Source: an uncultured Methanospirillum sp. (lineage in GTDB: Archaea > Halobacteriota > Methanomicrobia > Methanomicrobiales > Methanospirillaceae). Taken from it: DNA of 43,411 bases. The notes under the pieces were generated by a model. It was not told the origin of the DNA, did no database searches, and saw only the letters and a list, made by a program, of their open reading frames with translations. Position numbers and translations under genes: made by a program. The stretch is taken from NCBI GenBank assembly GCA_964637135.1, contig CAZWTX010000022.1, positions 1 through 43,411 on the forward strand, written 5' to 3'. Below are positions 1 through 8,629 of the stretch, one piece after another (the stretch's first letter is position 1; the number at the start of each line of letters is the position of its first letter).

Positions 1-3
1 ACT

Positions 4-444
4 ATGAAGTGGCATGATCACTGCCAGTACATGGAAATACCGCGTGAATATTCCATAACCGACCTCGCCCGCTTCCACGGACATCTTGGTCCGTTCATCG
101 TTCTCGGATACCGGATGGGTACCCGTGCGCTCAGGGAACTCGGTGGCGATCCCTTTGCCCTGAAAGCAACGGTCTGTTGTTCCGGAATGACCCCCCAGTC
201 ATGCCTTGCTGACGGAATACAGCTTGGAAGCGGATGTACCCTTGGCAAAGGAAACATCGAGATCATCCGCTCGAATACCATCTCCTGTTCATTCACAGCC
301 GGGCAGAAGGAGCTCCGGATGGCACCGCTTCCCCTGCGGACAATGGACATGAATGATCCTGACTATGAGCTCCTCATCGAACGGTATGCCGAATCCCTGT
401 ATCACCTGCCTGACGAAGATCTCTTCCGGGTTGATGTCGTGTGA
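4..444 (+). CDS. FmdE-family protein (formylmethanofuran dehydrogenase subunit E-like, metal-binding)
   Basis: FHGHLGP..LGYRMG and SCLADGIQLGSGCTLGKGNI motifs of the FmdE family; stop overlaps the next start (GTGA). Confidence 0.85.
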   Translation: MKWHDHCQYMEIPREYSITDLARFHGHLGPFIVLGYRMGTRALRELGGDPFALKATVCCSGMTPQSCLADGIQLGSGCTLGKGNIEIIRSNTISCSFTAGQKELRMAPLPLRTMDMNDPDYELLIERYAESLYHLPDEDLFRVDVV

Positions 445-1187
445 CCTCGGATCCGTCTTTTCCCCTCGTTGAGCTGAAAGATGTCTGGACGACCTACGAA
501 GGAGCCTCCTTCCCGGTTATCAGAGGAATATCGTTCGATATCAGGCCGGGTGAATTCGTCGTGGTAGGCGGTCCGAACGGAGCGGGGAAAACAACCCTCC
601 TTGAAGCGATAACCGGCCTGCTTCCGGTGGTCAGGGGGTCCGTCTCTGTCTGCGGCCGTTCAATCCCGGCAGATGCGACTGATATCAGGTGCCGGGTGGG
701 ATACGTCATCCAGAATTTTGATTTTCACCCGTTCACCCCGTACACCGTCGAGGAAGTGGTTCGGATGGGCCGGTACGGCCAGATTGGCTGGTTCAGGCGT
801 GAATCAGACCAGGATCATCGTGCCGTCGAGCAGGCGATCCATCAGCTCGGAATCTCTCACCTCCGCGGCGAACTGATCGGAAAACTCTCCGGTGGCCAGC
901 AACAAAAGGTCCTGATCGCCCAGAACCTTGCAAAGGAACCATCCGTGCTCCTCCTTGACGAACCATTCAGCAACCTGGATATCCGGACCAGGGACGAGGT
1001 ATCCTCCCTGCTCTGCGAGATCTGCGATGCCGAGATCCCGGTGATTCTCGTTTCGCATGCCTTCGACTGCCTCCCGGCCCGCGATATCCGGGTGATCGTC
1101 ATGCAGGACGGGAAGATGGTCATGAATACCATCTCCCCGGCGGTAAAAGTAGCCGATCTCATCCGGACCCTCCCGGTGGCCGGCTGA
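441..1187 (+). CDS. Metal (Zn/Mn-type) ABC transporter ATP-binding protein
   Basis: Walker A GPNGAGKTT, signature LSGGQQQ, Walker B LLLDEP, H-loop VSH; GTG start. Confidence 0.92.
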   Translation: MTSDPSFPLVELKDVWTTYEGASFPVIRGISFDIRPGEFVVVGGPNGAGKTTLLEAITGLLPVVRGSVSVCGRSIPADATDIRCRVGYVIQNFDFHPFTPYTVEEVVRMGRYGQIGWFRRESDQDHRAVEQAIHQLGISHLRGELIGKLSGGQQQKVLIAQNLAKEPSVLLLDEPFSNLDIRTRDEVSSLLCEICDAEIPVILVSHAFDCLPARDIRVIVMQDGKMVMNTISPAVKVADLIRTLPVAG

Positions 1188-2017
1188 TGCTCGAGATCCT
1201 GATCCCAAACAACGTCCTCTGCCACGCGGTGGAGGCAATGTTCTTTGCTTCGGTCGGGTGTGCCATCCTGAGCGTGCTCATCACCCAGATGAACATCTCC
1301 TCCATTGGATTCACGATGTCGCATGCAGCCTTCGCCGGGGGAGCAGTGGGTGTATTCTTTGGATTCCCGATGATGATCACGGCGATCCTGCTCAGCCTGT
1401 TCACGGCGCTCGTAATGGGACCGCTCAGTTACCGGTCCCGGATGCACGTTGACACGACACTCGGGGTGCTCTTCGGAACCATGATGGCAGTCGCGATCTT
1501 CTTCATCGCCCTGATGCAGTCATCAGGGCATGGCTTTGAGGCAGGAGCACTCCTGTACGGGAACGTAATCTCCCTCTACCGGGAGGAGATCTACGCCCTC
1601 GCCCTGATCACCATCATGATCATTATACTGGTCTTCCTTTTCCTCAAGGAGATAACGGCAATCACCTTCCACCGGAAGATGGCAGAGATCAGCGGAATCC
1701 GCGTCCAGCCGGTCTATTACCTCTTCCTCATTCTCATTGCCGTGATGGTGGCCCTCTGCCTGCCGATTGTCGGAGGATTGTTGCTGTATGTCTGGCTGGT
1801 AACCCCGGCTGCCATCGCGTACCAGTTCTGTCCGACCATCAGGCAGATGTTTCTTCTCGCCCCGGGAGTTGCGGCAGTCATCAGCCTGGCCGGTGCTTTC
1901 ACCGGGGTTGCCTATGATCTTCCGGTCGGTCCGCTCACGGGTGTTCTCTTCACGGCAGCGTTTGTCATCGCTGTGGCAATATCTCCAAAACGAAGAATAA
2001 TCCGTCAGACATATTAA
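1187..2017 (+). CDS. Metal ABC transporter permease (ZnuB/MntB, ABC-3 family)
   Basis: Multiple hydrophobic segments; SHAAFAG motif; AEISGI EAA-like loop; 1-bp overlap with ATPase gene. Confidence 0.88.
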   Translation: MLEILIPNNVLCHAVEAMFFASVGCAILSVLITQMNISSIGFTMSHAAFAGGAVGVFFGFPMMITAILLSLFTALVMGPLSYRSRMHVDTTLGVLFGTMMAVAIFFIALMQSSGHGFEAGALLYGNVISLYREEIYALALITIMIIILVFLFLKEITAITFHRKMAEISGIRVQPVYYLFLILIAVMVALCLPIVGGLLLYVWLVTPAAIAYQFCPTIRQMFLLAPGVAAVISLAGAFTGVAYDLPVGPLTGVLFTAAFVIAVAISPKRRIIRQTY

Positions 2018-2040
2018 CACAAAACGGAATATCGTATTAC

Positions 2041-2922
2041 ATGAAGCGCCTCACCTGCCTCATCATTCTTTGTACTTTCCTGACCGGGATTCCCCTGGTC
2101 AGTGCCCTTGATGTCGTCACGACCACGAGCGTCCTCTGGGATCCGGTCAGTCAGATCGGGGGCGATGACGTGAACGTGGTCTACATTGCTGACCCGACCG
2201 TCTGTCCGCACCTGCAGGGAGACATCCTTCCCGGCCTGATCCAGAAGAAAGCCTCCTCCCTTGAGGATGCCGATCTCTTCCTGGCCCATAACAGCACCAT
2301 GGATCTGGCCACCATGGCTGCGATTGAGAAATTCCGGGATGCAAACGGATTTGGAAAGACCAACTGGATGATTCTCAAGCCTGATACCGAGTGGAACACG
2401 CCGGAATCCGCCGAAGCCCTTGCCGACACGGTCCTCGGCTGGCTGAAATCAGCCGACGCCAGGAATGCCACTGCATTTACCGAGCGTGCCACAGAGTACA
2501 AGGACGAGATCGCCAGGGCAGGCAGCCTGACCGATGACGAGAAAGCCCAACTCTCGAAGAAATATGCCATCGTGATGGCATGGCAGCAGAACCCCGTGAA
2601 AAACTGGCTCGGGGTGAATATCTACGACATCTTTGCCCCGGAGTTCGCGTATGGCGGGAATAAAACCCCGGCAAAGGTCGTTGATGCCCTCAAGGCAGAC
2701 AAGGAGAATATCTATACCTTCGATCTCGTCTCCGGCGGCGGGAAGATGTATGTAATAGAGAACATGCAGTCAGGAGAACTGGCAAAAGGAATCGAAGAGG
2801 CCCTGGCAGATATTGCCGTCGTACCAAAGCGGGTCATCTTTACCAATTTCCCCCGATCAGTCGACGGTGTTGAGTCCATTCCGGACGTTCTCACCTATAA
2901 CAAGAACCTTCTCCTCGGATGA
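2041..2922 (+). CDS. Metal ABC transporter substrate-binding protein (ZnuA/TroA-like, divergent)
   Basis: N-terminal signal peptide; VVTTTSVL..PVSQIGGD.V start typical of cluster A-I binding proteins; operon context. Confidence 0.75.
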   Translation: MKRLTCLIILCTFLTGIPLVSALDVVTTTSVLWDPVSQIGGDDVNVVYIADPTVCPHLQGDILPGLIQKKASSLEDADLFLAHNSTMDLATMAAIEKFRDANGFGKTNWMILKPDTEWNTPESAEALADTVLGWLKSADARNATAFTERATEYKDEIARAGSLTDDEKAQLSKKYAIVMAWQQNPVKNWLGVNIYDIFAPEFAYGGNKTPAKVVDALKADKENIYTFDLVSGGGKMYVIENMQSGELAKGIEEALADIAVVPKRVIFTNFPRSVDGVESIPDVLTYNKNLLLG

Positions 2923-2924
2923 GG

Positions 2925-2939
2925 TCTCTTTCTTTTTTT
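2925..2939 (+). terminator. T-rich archaeal terminator-like tract
   Basis: TCTCTTTCTTTTTTT directly after the stop of the last gene of the ABC operon. Confidence 0.5.
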
Positions 2940-3167
2940 CCCACCGCCGTGCTGCATCCAAAGCCCTGTTCCAGGGATCAGGAGAACAATTTCCCCTGCC
3001 GGAATCAGTATTAGGCCCCATTACCCGGATGGGATCAGGAAACGGGCACAAAATCCATTCATACCAGGACACTTTCACCCTGTTTATCAAGGATTTATAT
3101 CCGGGCAGGGCCTCATCTTCTGGCAGCGGACTGACCAATAATACGGTCACCTGCCGGAAGTGAAATC

Positions 3168-3644
3168 ATGATTCAGTACCGATCCATCGTCCTTCTTTGC
3201 AGGGATATCAGTGTTTCAACAAAATTTTACCAGGAACTCTTCGGGCTCTCAGTCGAACTTGATCTCGGAAAAAACGTCTGCTTTTCCGGTGGTCTCTCAA
3301 TCTGGGAGATCGATTATGCAAAAAACCTCCTCTACGGGGGGAGCGAACCCGATCTGCCACAGGAAAAACCACGGCAGGAACTCTACTTTGAGACTGACGA
3401 CATAGCATCCTTTGTACAGATCCTGGAGGAGAGAACGATCAGGCTGCTCCATCCGATACAGGAAGCCCCATGGACCCAGCGGGTGATCCGGTTCTTTGAT
3501 CCTGACGGACACCTTATCGAGATGGGCGAATCAATGGAATCGGTCATTCGCCGACATGGATCAGCAGGGCTTTCCACAGACGAAATCGTCACGAAAACGA
3601 TGATGCCAAAGGAATTCGTCACCGCGGTTCTCTCTGGTTCATGA
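3168..3644 (+). CDS. VOC/glyoxalase-family protein with helical C-terminal tail
   Basis: DISVSTKFYQELFGL, ELYFETDD, PWTQRVIRFFDPDGHLIE motifs. Confidence 0.85.
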   Translation: MIQYRSIVLLCRDISVSTKFYQELFGLSVELDLGKNVCFSGGLSIWEIDYAKNLLYGGSEPDLPQEKPRQELYFETDDIASFVQILEERTIRLLHPIQEAPWTQRVIRFFDPDGHLIEMGESMESVIRRHGSAGLSTDEIVTKTMMPKEFVTAVLSGS

Positions 3645-3773
3645 AGAGCAGGGATTCCATTCATCAGAGGGTTCATCTTTTTCACCTGATAATTCACCAG
3701 AGATGACAAGAGTTCGTCATATACTCCCTTTCATCAAAGTTACGGAGAAGGACAGAACCGGTTGAGGATTATC

Positions 3774-3950
3774 ATGGATCATTTAGAACAACAAGTCACT
3801 CCGAATACAGCACACCAGGATGCAACCGGATTTGCAGAGGTCACAGCAACGATCTTTGCCCTGTAATACCCCATGATCGCCGGGCAGACAGGTGATCGAG
3901 ATGCCAGTATCATGGGACTTAATTAGTCCCGGTGGATCCTCGACCCGGTA
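3774..3950 (+). pseudogene. Probable degenerate 5' remnant of a class I SAM-dependent methyltransferase
   Basis: ATG at 3774 after GAGGA reads MDHLEQQVTPNTAHQDATGFAEVTATIFAL*YPMIAGQ, resembling the 'A..F.EI...IFAP.YP.IA.QI' N-terminus I recall from methanogen methyltransferases; in-frame TAA at 3864; 3' boundary approximate. Confidence 0.4.
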
Positions 3951-4159
3951 ACATGCAACACTATCCTGTGTCCATCATGTGCCGGTCAGGGAGGATCAGG
4001 TTTCCTCATTTTAACATGATCCCGGCGGATTTTTCTTCACATGCGAGAAGAAACAGATATCTTTTTTCCGGGTGATATCTGGTACATTAAGCCCGGTTCA
4101 GTCTTTCACCCTGAAAAGAATGACCCGTGGCGATCTGCACCAGACACGGAGTTTGCATC

Positions 4160-4645
4160 ATGGCCACAACAACTGCAACGGGAGTCCCGGGAATTCTTCG
4201 TCCGTTTAAAGAATTTCTTGAATCGCAATCCCTGAAAACCGGCGACCAGGTCGTTTTTTACGGGGTTCCTGCGACCTGTACCCCATTCATTGAGCTCCTC
4301 TGTTATGCAGCACGATCGCTCCCCTGTACCTTCATCTTTGTTCCCTATCTCGAGGAGGACCGGGCCCGGAGACTTGAACTCGTGGAAGGGATCGGATATC
4401 AGGCAGCAGAATCCTGCCAGATTAAAAATCCGGCTGTCATCGTCACCATGGGCGGGCTGGCCATGCCGGGCATGCCGGTAACGGTGGATCAGATAGAATC
4501 GGTCCAGCGATCACACCCGGATGCCCGGCGAATTGGAATCTGTTTCATGCGGATGTTTGAAAAAGCAGGCTGGCTTGATCGTATACGGTTTGATCTCCTG
4601 GTCGATGCGGATATCCAGGTGACTATTAACGCCGGACAAGTATGA
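4160..4645 (+). CDS. DUF2124-family methanogen protein
   Basis: VVFYG..TCTPFIELL, MGGLAMP, GICFM.MFEKAGW, FDLLVDA motifs; ATG 4160 preferred over GTG 4127. Confidence 0.75.
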   Translation: MATTTATGVPGILRPFKEFLESQSLKTGDQVVFYGVPATCTPFIELLCYAARSLPCTFIFVPYLEEDRARRLELVEGIGYQAAESCQIKNPAVIVTMGGLAMPGMPVTVDQIESVQRSHPDARRIGICFMRMFEKAGWLDRIRFDLLVDADIQVTINAGQV

Positions 4646-4689
4646 CCATCATGTTGCTGATACCTTTTCATCGGTAATAGAGCGGTACC

Positions 4690-5538
4690 ATGACACCGAT
4701 CAGAAATTACCCCGATGCTGCAGAGAGCGAATCACCTTCTGATACAGGAACACACAAACTCCCTGAGCGGGTGAAGATGGATGTCAGGCACGTCATCCTT
4801 GTCCTTTCCGGGAAAGGGGGGGTTGGGAAAACCACAGTGGCCGTGAATCTCGCCTACGCCCTCTCTGTCCGCAATTTCAGGGTCGGAATCCTTGACCTGG
4901 ATATCCATGGCCCGAATGTACCCAAGATGCTGGGAATCGAGGACCACCAGCTTCTCTCTGAGAACGAAAAGATCATCCCCATCCGGGTGACACAAAACCT
5001 CCATGCAATCTCCATGGCCTTCCTCCTTCCGCGGAAGGATGCCCCGGTTGTCTGGCGGGGTCCGATGAAGACCGCGGTGATCCGGCAGTTTCTCGAAGAT
5101 ACAGACTGGGGATCACTTGATTTCCTGATCGTGGATCTACCGCCTGGAACCGGGGACGAAGCACTCTCCATTGCCCAGGTGGCACCAAACCTGCGGGGAG
5201 CCGTGATTGTCACCACCCCGCAGGATGTCTCCACGATAGATTCCACGAAGGCCATCAGCTTTGTTGAACTCCTGAACATCCCGGTTCTCGGGGTGATTGA
5301 AAATATGAGCGGATTTGAATGCCCCCACTGTCACGGACCGATAGACCTCTTCGGGGAAGGGGGCGGTGAAACAATCGCAAAACAGCATGGAGTTCAGTTT
5401 CTCGGGAAGATACCGCTTGACCCGCAGATGCGGGTTTCAGGCGACGAGGGAACGCCGTTCATCAGCAAGGTCTCTGATTCAAAAACCTGGACCGCGATAA
5501 ACGAGATTGTTACCCGCCTGATCGGGATCATCGGATGA
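4690..5538 (+). CDS. Mrp/ApbC/NBP35-family ATPase (Fe-S cluster carrier)
   Basis: SGKGGVGKTT, DLDIHGPN, WRGPMK, DLPPGTGD, ENMS..CPHC. Confidence 0.92.
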   Translation: MTPIRNYPDAAESESPSDTGTHKLPERVKMDVRHVILVLSGKGGVGKTTVAVNLAYALSVRNFRVGILDLDIHGPNVPKMLGIEDHQLLSENEKIIPIRVTQNLHAISMAFLLPRKDAPVVWRGPMKTAVIRQFLEDTDWGSLDFLIVDLPPGTGDEALSIAQVAPNLRGAVIVTTPQDVSTIDSTKAISFVELLNIPVLGVIENMSGFECPHCHGPIDLFGEGGGETIAKQHGVQFLGKIPLDPQMRVSGDEGTPFISKVSDSKTWTAINEIVTRLIGIIG

Positions 5539-6500
5539 GCAGTCCAACCCATTCACCAGGGAATCCACCCCGGGAAGTGATACTCTCTCCCGTAGACGGG
5601 ATCAGGATAACCGTCCTTGTCGATAATTACACCGACCTGCTCAGGAGAGACAACTCTCCGGTCATTGAACGACCAGATCTTCCCGAACGGGTCATTCTTC
5701 TCGCAGAACACGGGCTCGCCCTCCTGGTAACAATCCGGTCAGGGGAAGAGAAAACAACGGTCCTGCTCGATACCGGGGGATCAGATATTGCCCTCCGGCA
5801 CAATGCAGCCCGGCTGAACCGGAACCTCGACACCATCTCTGCGGTGATCATCAGCCACGGCCATGATGATCACCTCGGCGGTCTCGAGGATCTGCTCAGG
5901 AATGTCACCGGTCCGCTCCCGGTCTATATCCACCCGGTCGCATTCTCCCAGCGGGAAAAATGGTTCCCTGACGGAACAAGCATCCCGGTAACTCCTCCTG
6001 ACCGCAATCAGCTCATCAATGCCGGGGCACGGTTTTACCTGACAACCAGGCCGATCCTCCTTGCCTCGGAACGGATTCTTGTCACCGGTGAGGTAGAACG
6101 GACGACCGCGTTTGAACAGATTCCTCCCCAATACTATATTGAAGACGACGGGACATGGACTCATGATCCGTTCCGGGATGACCAGGCGGTCATCATCAAC
6201 CTGGCAGGAAAAGGGCTTGTCGTGATCACCGGCTGTGCCCACTCCGGGGTTATCAACACGATCCGGTATGCTTCCCGGTTGACCGGGATCACCCGGGTGC
6301 ATGCCGTCATCGGAGGATTCCACCTCTCCGGATCCTTTTTCCGGCCCTTGATCGCTCCGACCCTGAACGCCATGGACGAGATCGATCCCGGGTATCTTGT
6401 CCCGATGCACTGTTCGGGATGGGAAGCCATGACCGCTGCGGAGAACCGAATGCCGGGCCGGTTCCTCCTCAGCACGGTCGGAACCAGCTTCCGGTTCTGA
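5535..6500 (+). CDS. MBL-fold metallo-hydrolase (archaeal dihydropteroate-synthase-like subfamily)
   Basis: LVDN, AEHGL, SHGHDDHLGG, TGCAHSG, GGFHL, PMHCSG; 4-bp overlap with Mrp gene. Confidence 0.85.
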   Translation: MSSPTHSPGNPPREVILSPVDGIRITVLVDNYTDLLRRDNSPVIERPDLPERVILLAEHGLALLVTIRSGEEKTTVLLDTGGSDIALRHNAARLNRNLDTISAVIISHGHDDHLGGLEDLLRNVTGPLPVYIHPVAFSQREKWFPDGTSIPVTPPDRNQLINAGARFYLTTRPILLASERILVTGEVERTTAFEQIPPQYYIEDDGTWTHDPFRDDQAVIINLAGKGLVVITGCAHSGVINTIRYASRLTGITRVHAVIGGFHLSGSFFRPLIAPTLNAMDEIDPGYLVPMHCSGWEAMTAAENRMPGRFLLSTVGTSFRF

Positions 6501-6582
6501 CAATCAGAACATGCCCCGCCGGTCCACAGCCGGTCTGAAGATTTTTCACAACCTTTTTCCCATACCAGGTTAATAGCCCCAT

Positions 6583-7107
6583 ATGAAGACTGAATTGTAC
6601 GCTCTCTTCGTTCTCGCCCTGATCGCCGGAGTTCTTTCCGTAGGCACGGTAACAGGAGCAGGAGGACAGGATTCCCAGTTTACCGCGTATACAACCGATA
6701 TGATCACCGGTTTGCGCAACTGGACCGGGGAGATCCAGGTATTCGCGGATGGCAACCCGAATACCCGCGAAATGGAGGCTGAGTCCCAGCATGCCCTCGA
6801 CATGAAACAGAATGCCACAAATTATCACCAGGTCATCAATTCCTTCGCGGTCTCCCCGACCATGGAGTCTGCGAAGGAAAAAGCACTTCTTGTGGCATCT
6901 ACCGCCGGAAAAACCGCCGAATCATACAACTACTGGCTGAATGCTGCCGACCGGGTGAGCGATTTCACGTCGTTCAAAAAATACAATACCAAAGAAGAGG
7001 TCGCTAAACAGAAAGAGCGGTCATTCAAACTCTTTGACCAGAGCAGGGAAAATCTTCTCGCAAAGATAAGCGAACTCGAGCAGGAACTCCTCATTGCAGA
7101 ATATTAA
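6583..7107 (+). CDS. Hypothetical secreted/membrane-anchored helical protein
   Basis: N-terminal hydrophobic signal (MKTELYALFVLALIAGVLSVG), K/E-rich C-terminus; fills the intergenic space. Confidence 0.65.
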   Translation: MKTELYALFVLALIAGVLSVGTVTGAGGQDSQFTAYTTDMITGLRNWTGEIQVFADGNPNTREMEAESQHALDMKQNATNYHQVINSFAVSPTMESAKEKALLVASTAGKTAESYNYWLNAADRVSDFTSFKKYNTKEEVAKQKERSFKLFDQSRENLLAKISELEQELLIAEY

Positions 7108-7142
7108 ACTCCGGGGGATTATTCTCCTACCCGGTCTCCGGG

Positions 7143-7958
7143 TTAACAGGACCCGTCTTCCCGTCCATTCCGGGAGAGAAACTCCAGGGTCAGGGCTGCA
7201 ATATGGTCCGGAACCTGGTACAGCATGCCATGACCTCCTTCAGGGATGATGATCGCCTGTCCGTCTGGAAATGTCCTGGCAAGAGCCATTACCATCTGGG
7301 GAGGAATGAGCAGGTCTTCCCTGCCTCCAAGGAGAAGAACCGGGGCCGGTATGAATCCGGGTAAACCGGGCTCATAGGTGTACTTCCGGATGGCATCGAT
7401 CTGGGAGCGGATCAATTCCGGGTTGATCGGGTATGCCGGCGGAGGAAAAATACTGAAGATGTCTGGTGTCCGGGCAAGAAATTCCCCGGGGAAGAGGGCC
7501 TCCATCCTGATGATCTCGGGGAGATTCCAGTCAACATACGGTTCCAGATTTTTAAAAACAGCAGAGCCGTCAAGGAACGGAGCATACAGAACAATATCCC
7601 GGACCCGATCCGGTTCCCGGGCAGCATACTCGACCGACACCGCGGTCCCCATGGAATAGCCGAAGAGGGATACTGCGGTCAGCCCCAGCGACCGGATAAG
7701 ACAGGAGAGGTCGGTTGCCATTGCCGGGATCGTGATCTCCCCGCTTCCCGGCAGAGACGCTCCTGATCCCCGGTTGTCATACATGATCACCTGTCGTGAC
7801 CGTGACAGGGCCGCGAGAAATACCGGATCCCAGTCATGCATCGAACCGCCAAGACCCATGGTCAGCACGATCGGCGGTCCGGCACCGATGATCCGGTATG
7901 CAATCCTGGATTCGCCGGTTTCAAGGAATCCCTGAGTACTCTCTCCGGGAAAATCCAT
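7143..7958 (-). CDS. Alpha/beta-fold hydrolase
   Basis: DNRGSG, nucleophile GYSMG, acid in GREDLLIP, His in GGHG. Confidence 0.88.
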   Translation of the reverse strand: MDFPGESTQGFLETGESRIAYRIIGAGPPIVLTMGLGGSMHDWDPVFLAALSRSRQVIMYDNRGSGASLPGSGEITIPAMATDLSCLIRSLGLTAVSLFGYSMGTAVSVEYAAREPDRVRDIVLYAPFLDGSAVFKNLEPYVDWNLPEIIRMEALFPGEFLARTPDIFSIFPPPAYPINPELIRSQIDAIRKYTYEPGLPGFIPAPVLLLGGREDLLIPPQMVMALARTFPDGQAIIIPEGGHGMLYQVPDHIAALTLEFLSRNGREDGSC

Positions 7959-8539
7959 CAGGGTCCGTCCGCAAGAACCGGTTCGAGTTCAGATGAATGG
8001 ATAAGACGCGTTCCGATATTCTGCATATCCCGGAGATTTGCAGCATGAATTTCATCAGACTGGGCAGCCACTGCATCCCTGACCAGGATCACCCGGTAAT
8101 TATACGCAATCGCATCATAAACGGTGGCCCTGATACAGTTCGGGGTCTGGATCCCGGTTACCACCACGGTATTCACATCACGGGAATCAAGGATGAGATC
8201 CAGTTCGGTCCCGATAAAGGCACTCATCCGGACCTTTTTCAGGATCGTCTCGCCCGGCAGCGGGGCAAGGTCAGAGACAATGGCGGCTCCCGGTGTCCCG
8301 TCTACCGCAAACGGGTTCTCCCGGAAGATCTCCTTCCGGATGATCTCGACGTCTGTCCCGTCCGGACGGTGAACCCTGACGATGTGGATAACCGGGAGGG
8401 ATAGGGACCTGAACACCCCGAGAACCTGCTGCATCGCCGGAATCGCCGCTTCTGCACCGGCAACCCGGAGCGGGGCACCCGGTCTGACGAAATCGTTCTG
8501 CATATCGATGATAAGGAGGGCCGGTCGTATCGCTGACAT
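7958..8539 (-). CDS. Isochorismatase-family cysteine hydrolase
   Basis: LLIIDMQNDF, K..MSAF, GIQTPNCI (Asp-Lys-Cys triad). Confidence 0.9.
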   Translation of the reverse strand: MSAIRPALLIIDMQNDFVRPGAPLRVAGAEAAIPAMQQVLGVFRSLSLPVIHIVRVHRPDGTDVEIIRKEIFRENPFAVDGTPGAAIVSDLAPLPGETILKKVRMSAFIGTELDLILDSRDVNTVVVTGIQTPNCIRATVYDAIAYNYRVILVRDAVAAQSDEIHAANLRDMQNIGTRLIHSSELEPVLADGP

Positions 8540-8629
8540 CAGATACCTGTTCTCTTCACAGGCACATGACCCTGTTGCCGAACCGTACCGGACGGCAACC
8601 TCTTCTTTACCAGGAAGAGAATCTCAGGT

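Noticed and set aside
2973..3040. Direct repeat GGGATCAGGA occurring twice
   Set aside because: Only two short copies of a GATC-containing word common in this sequence; not CRISPR or IS ends
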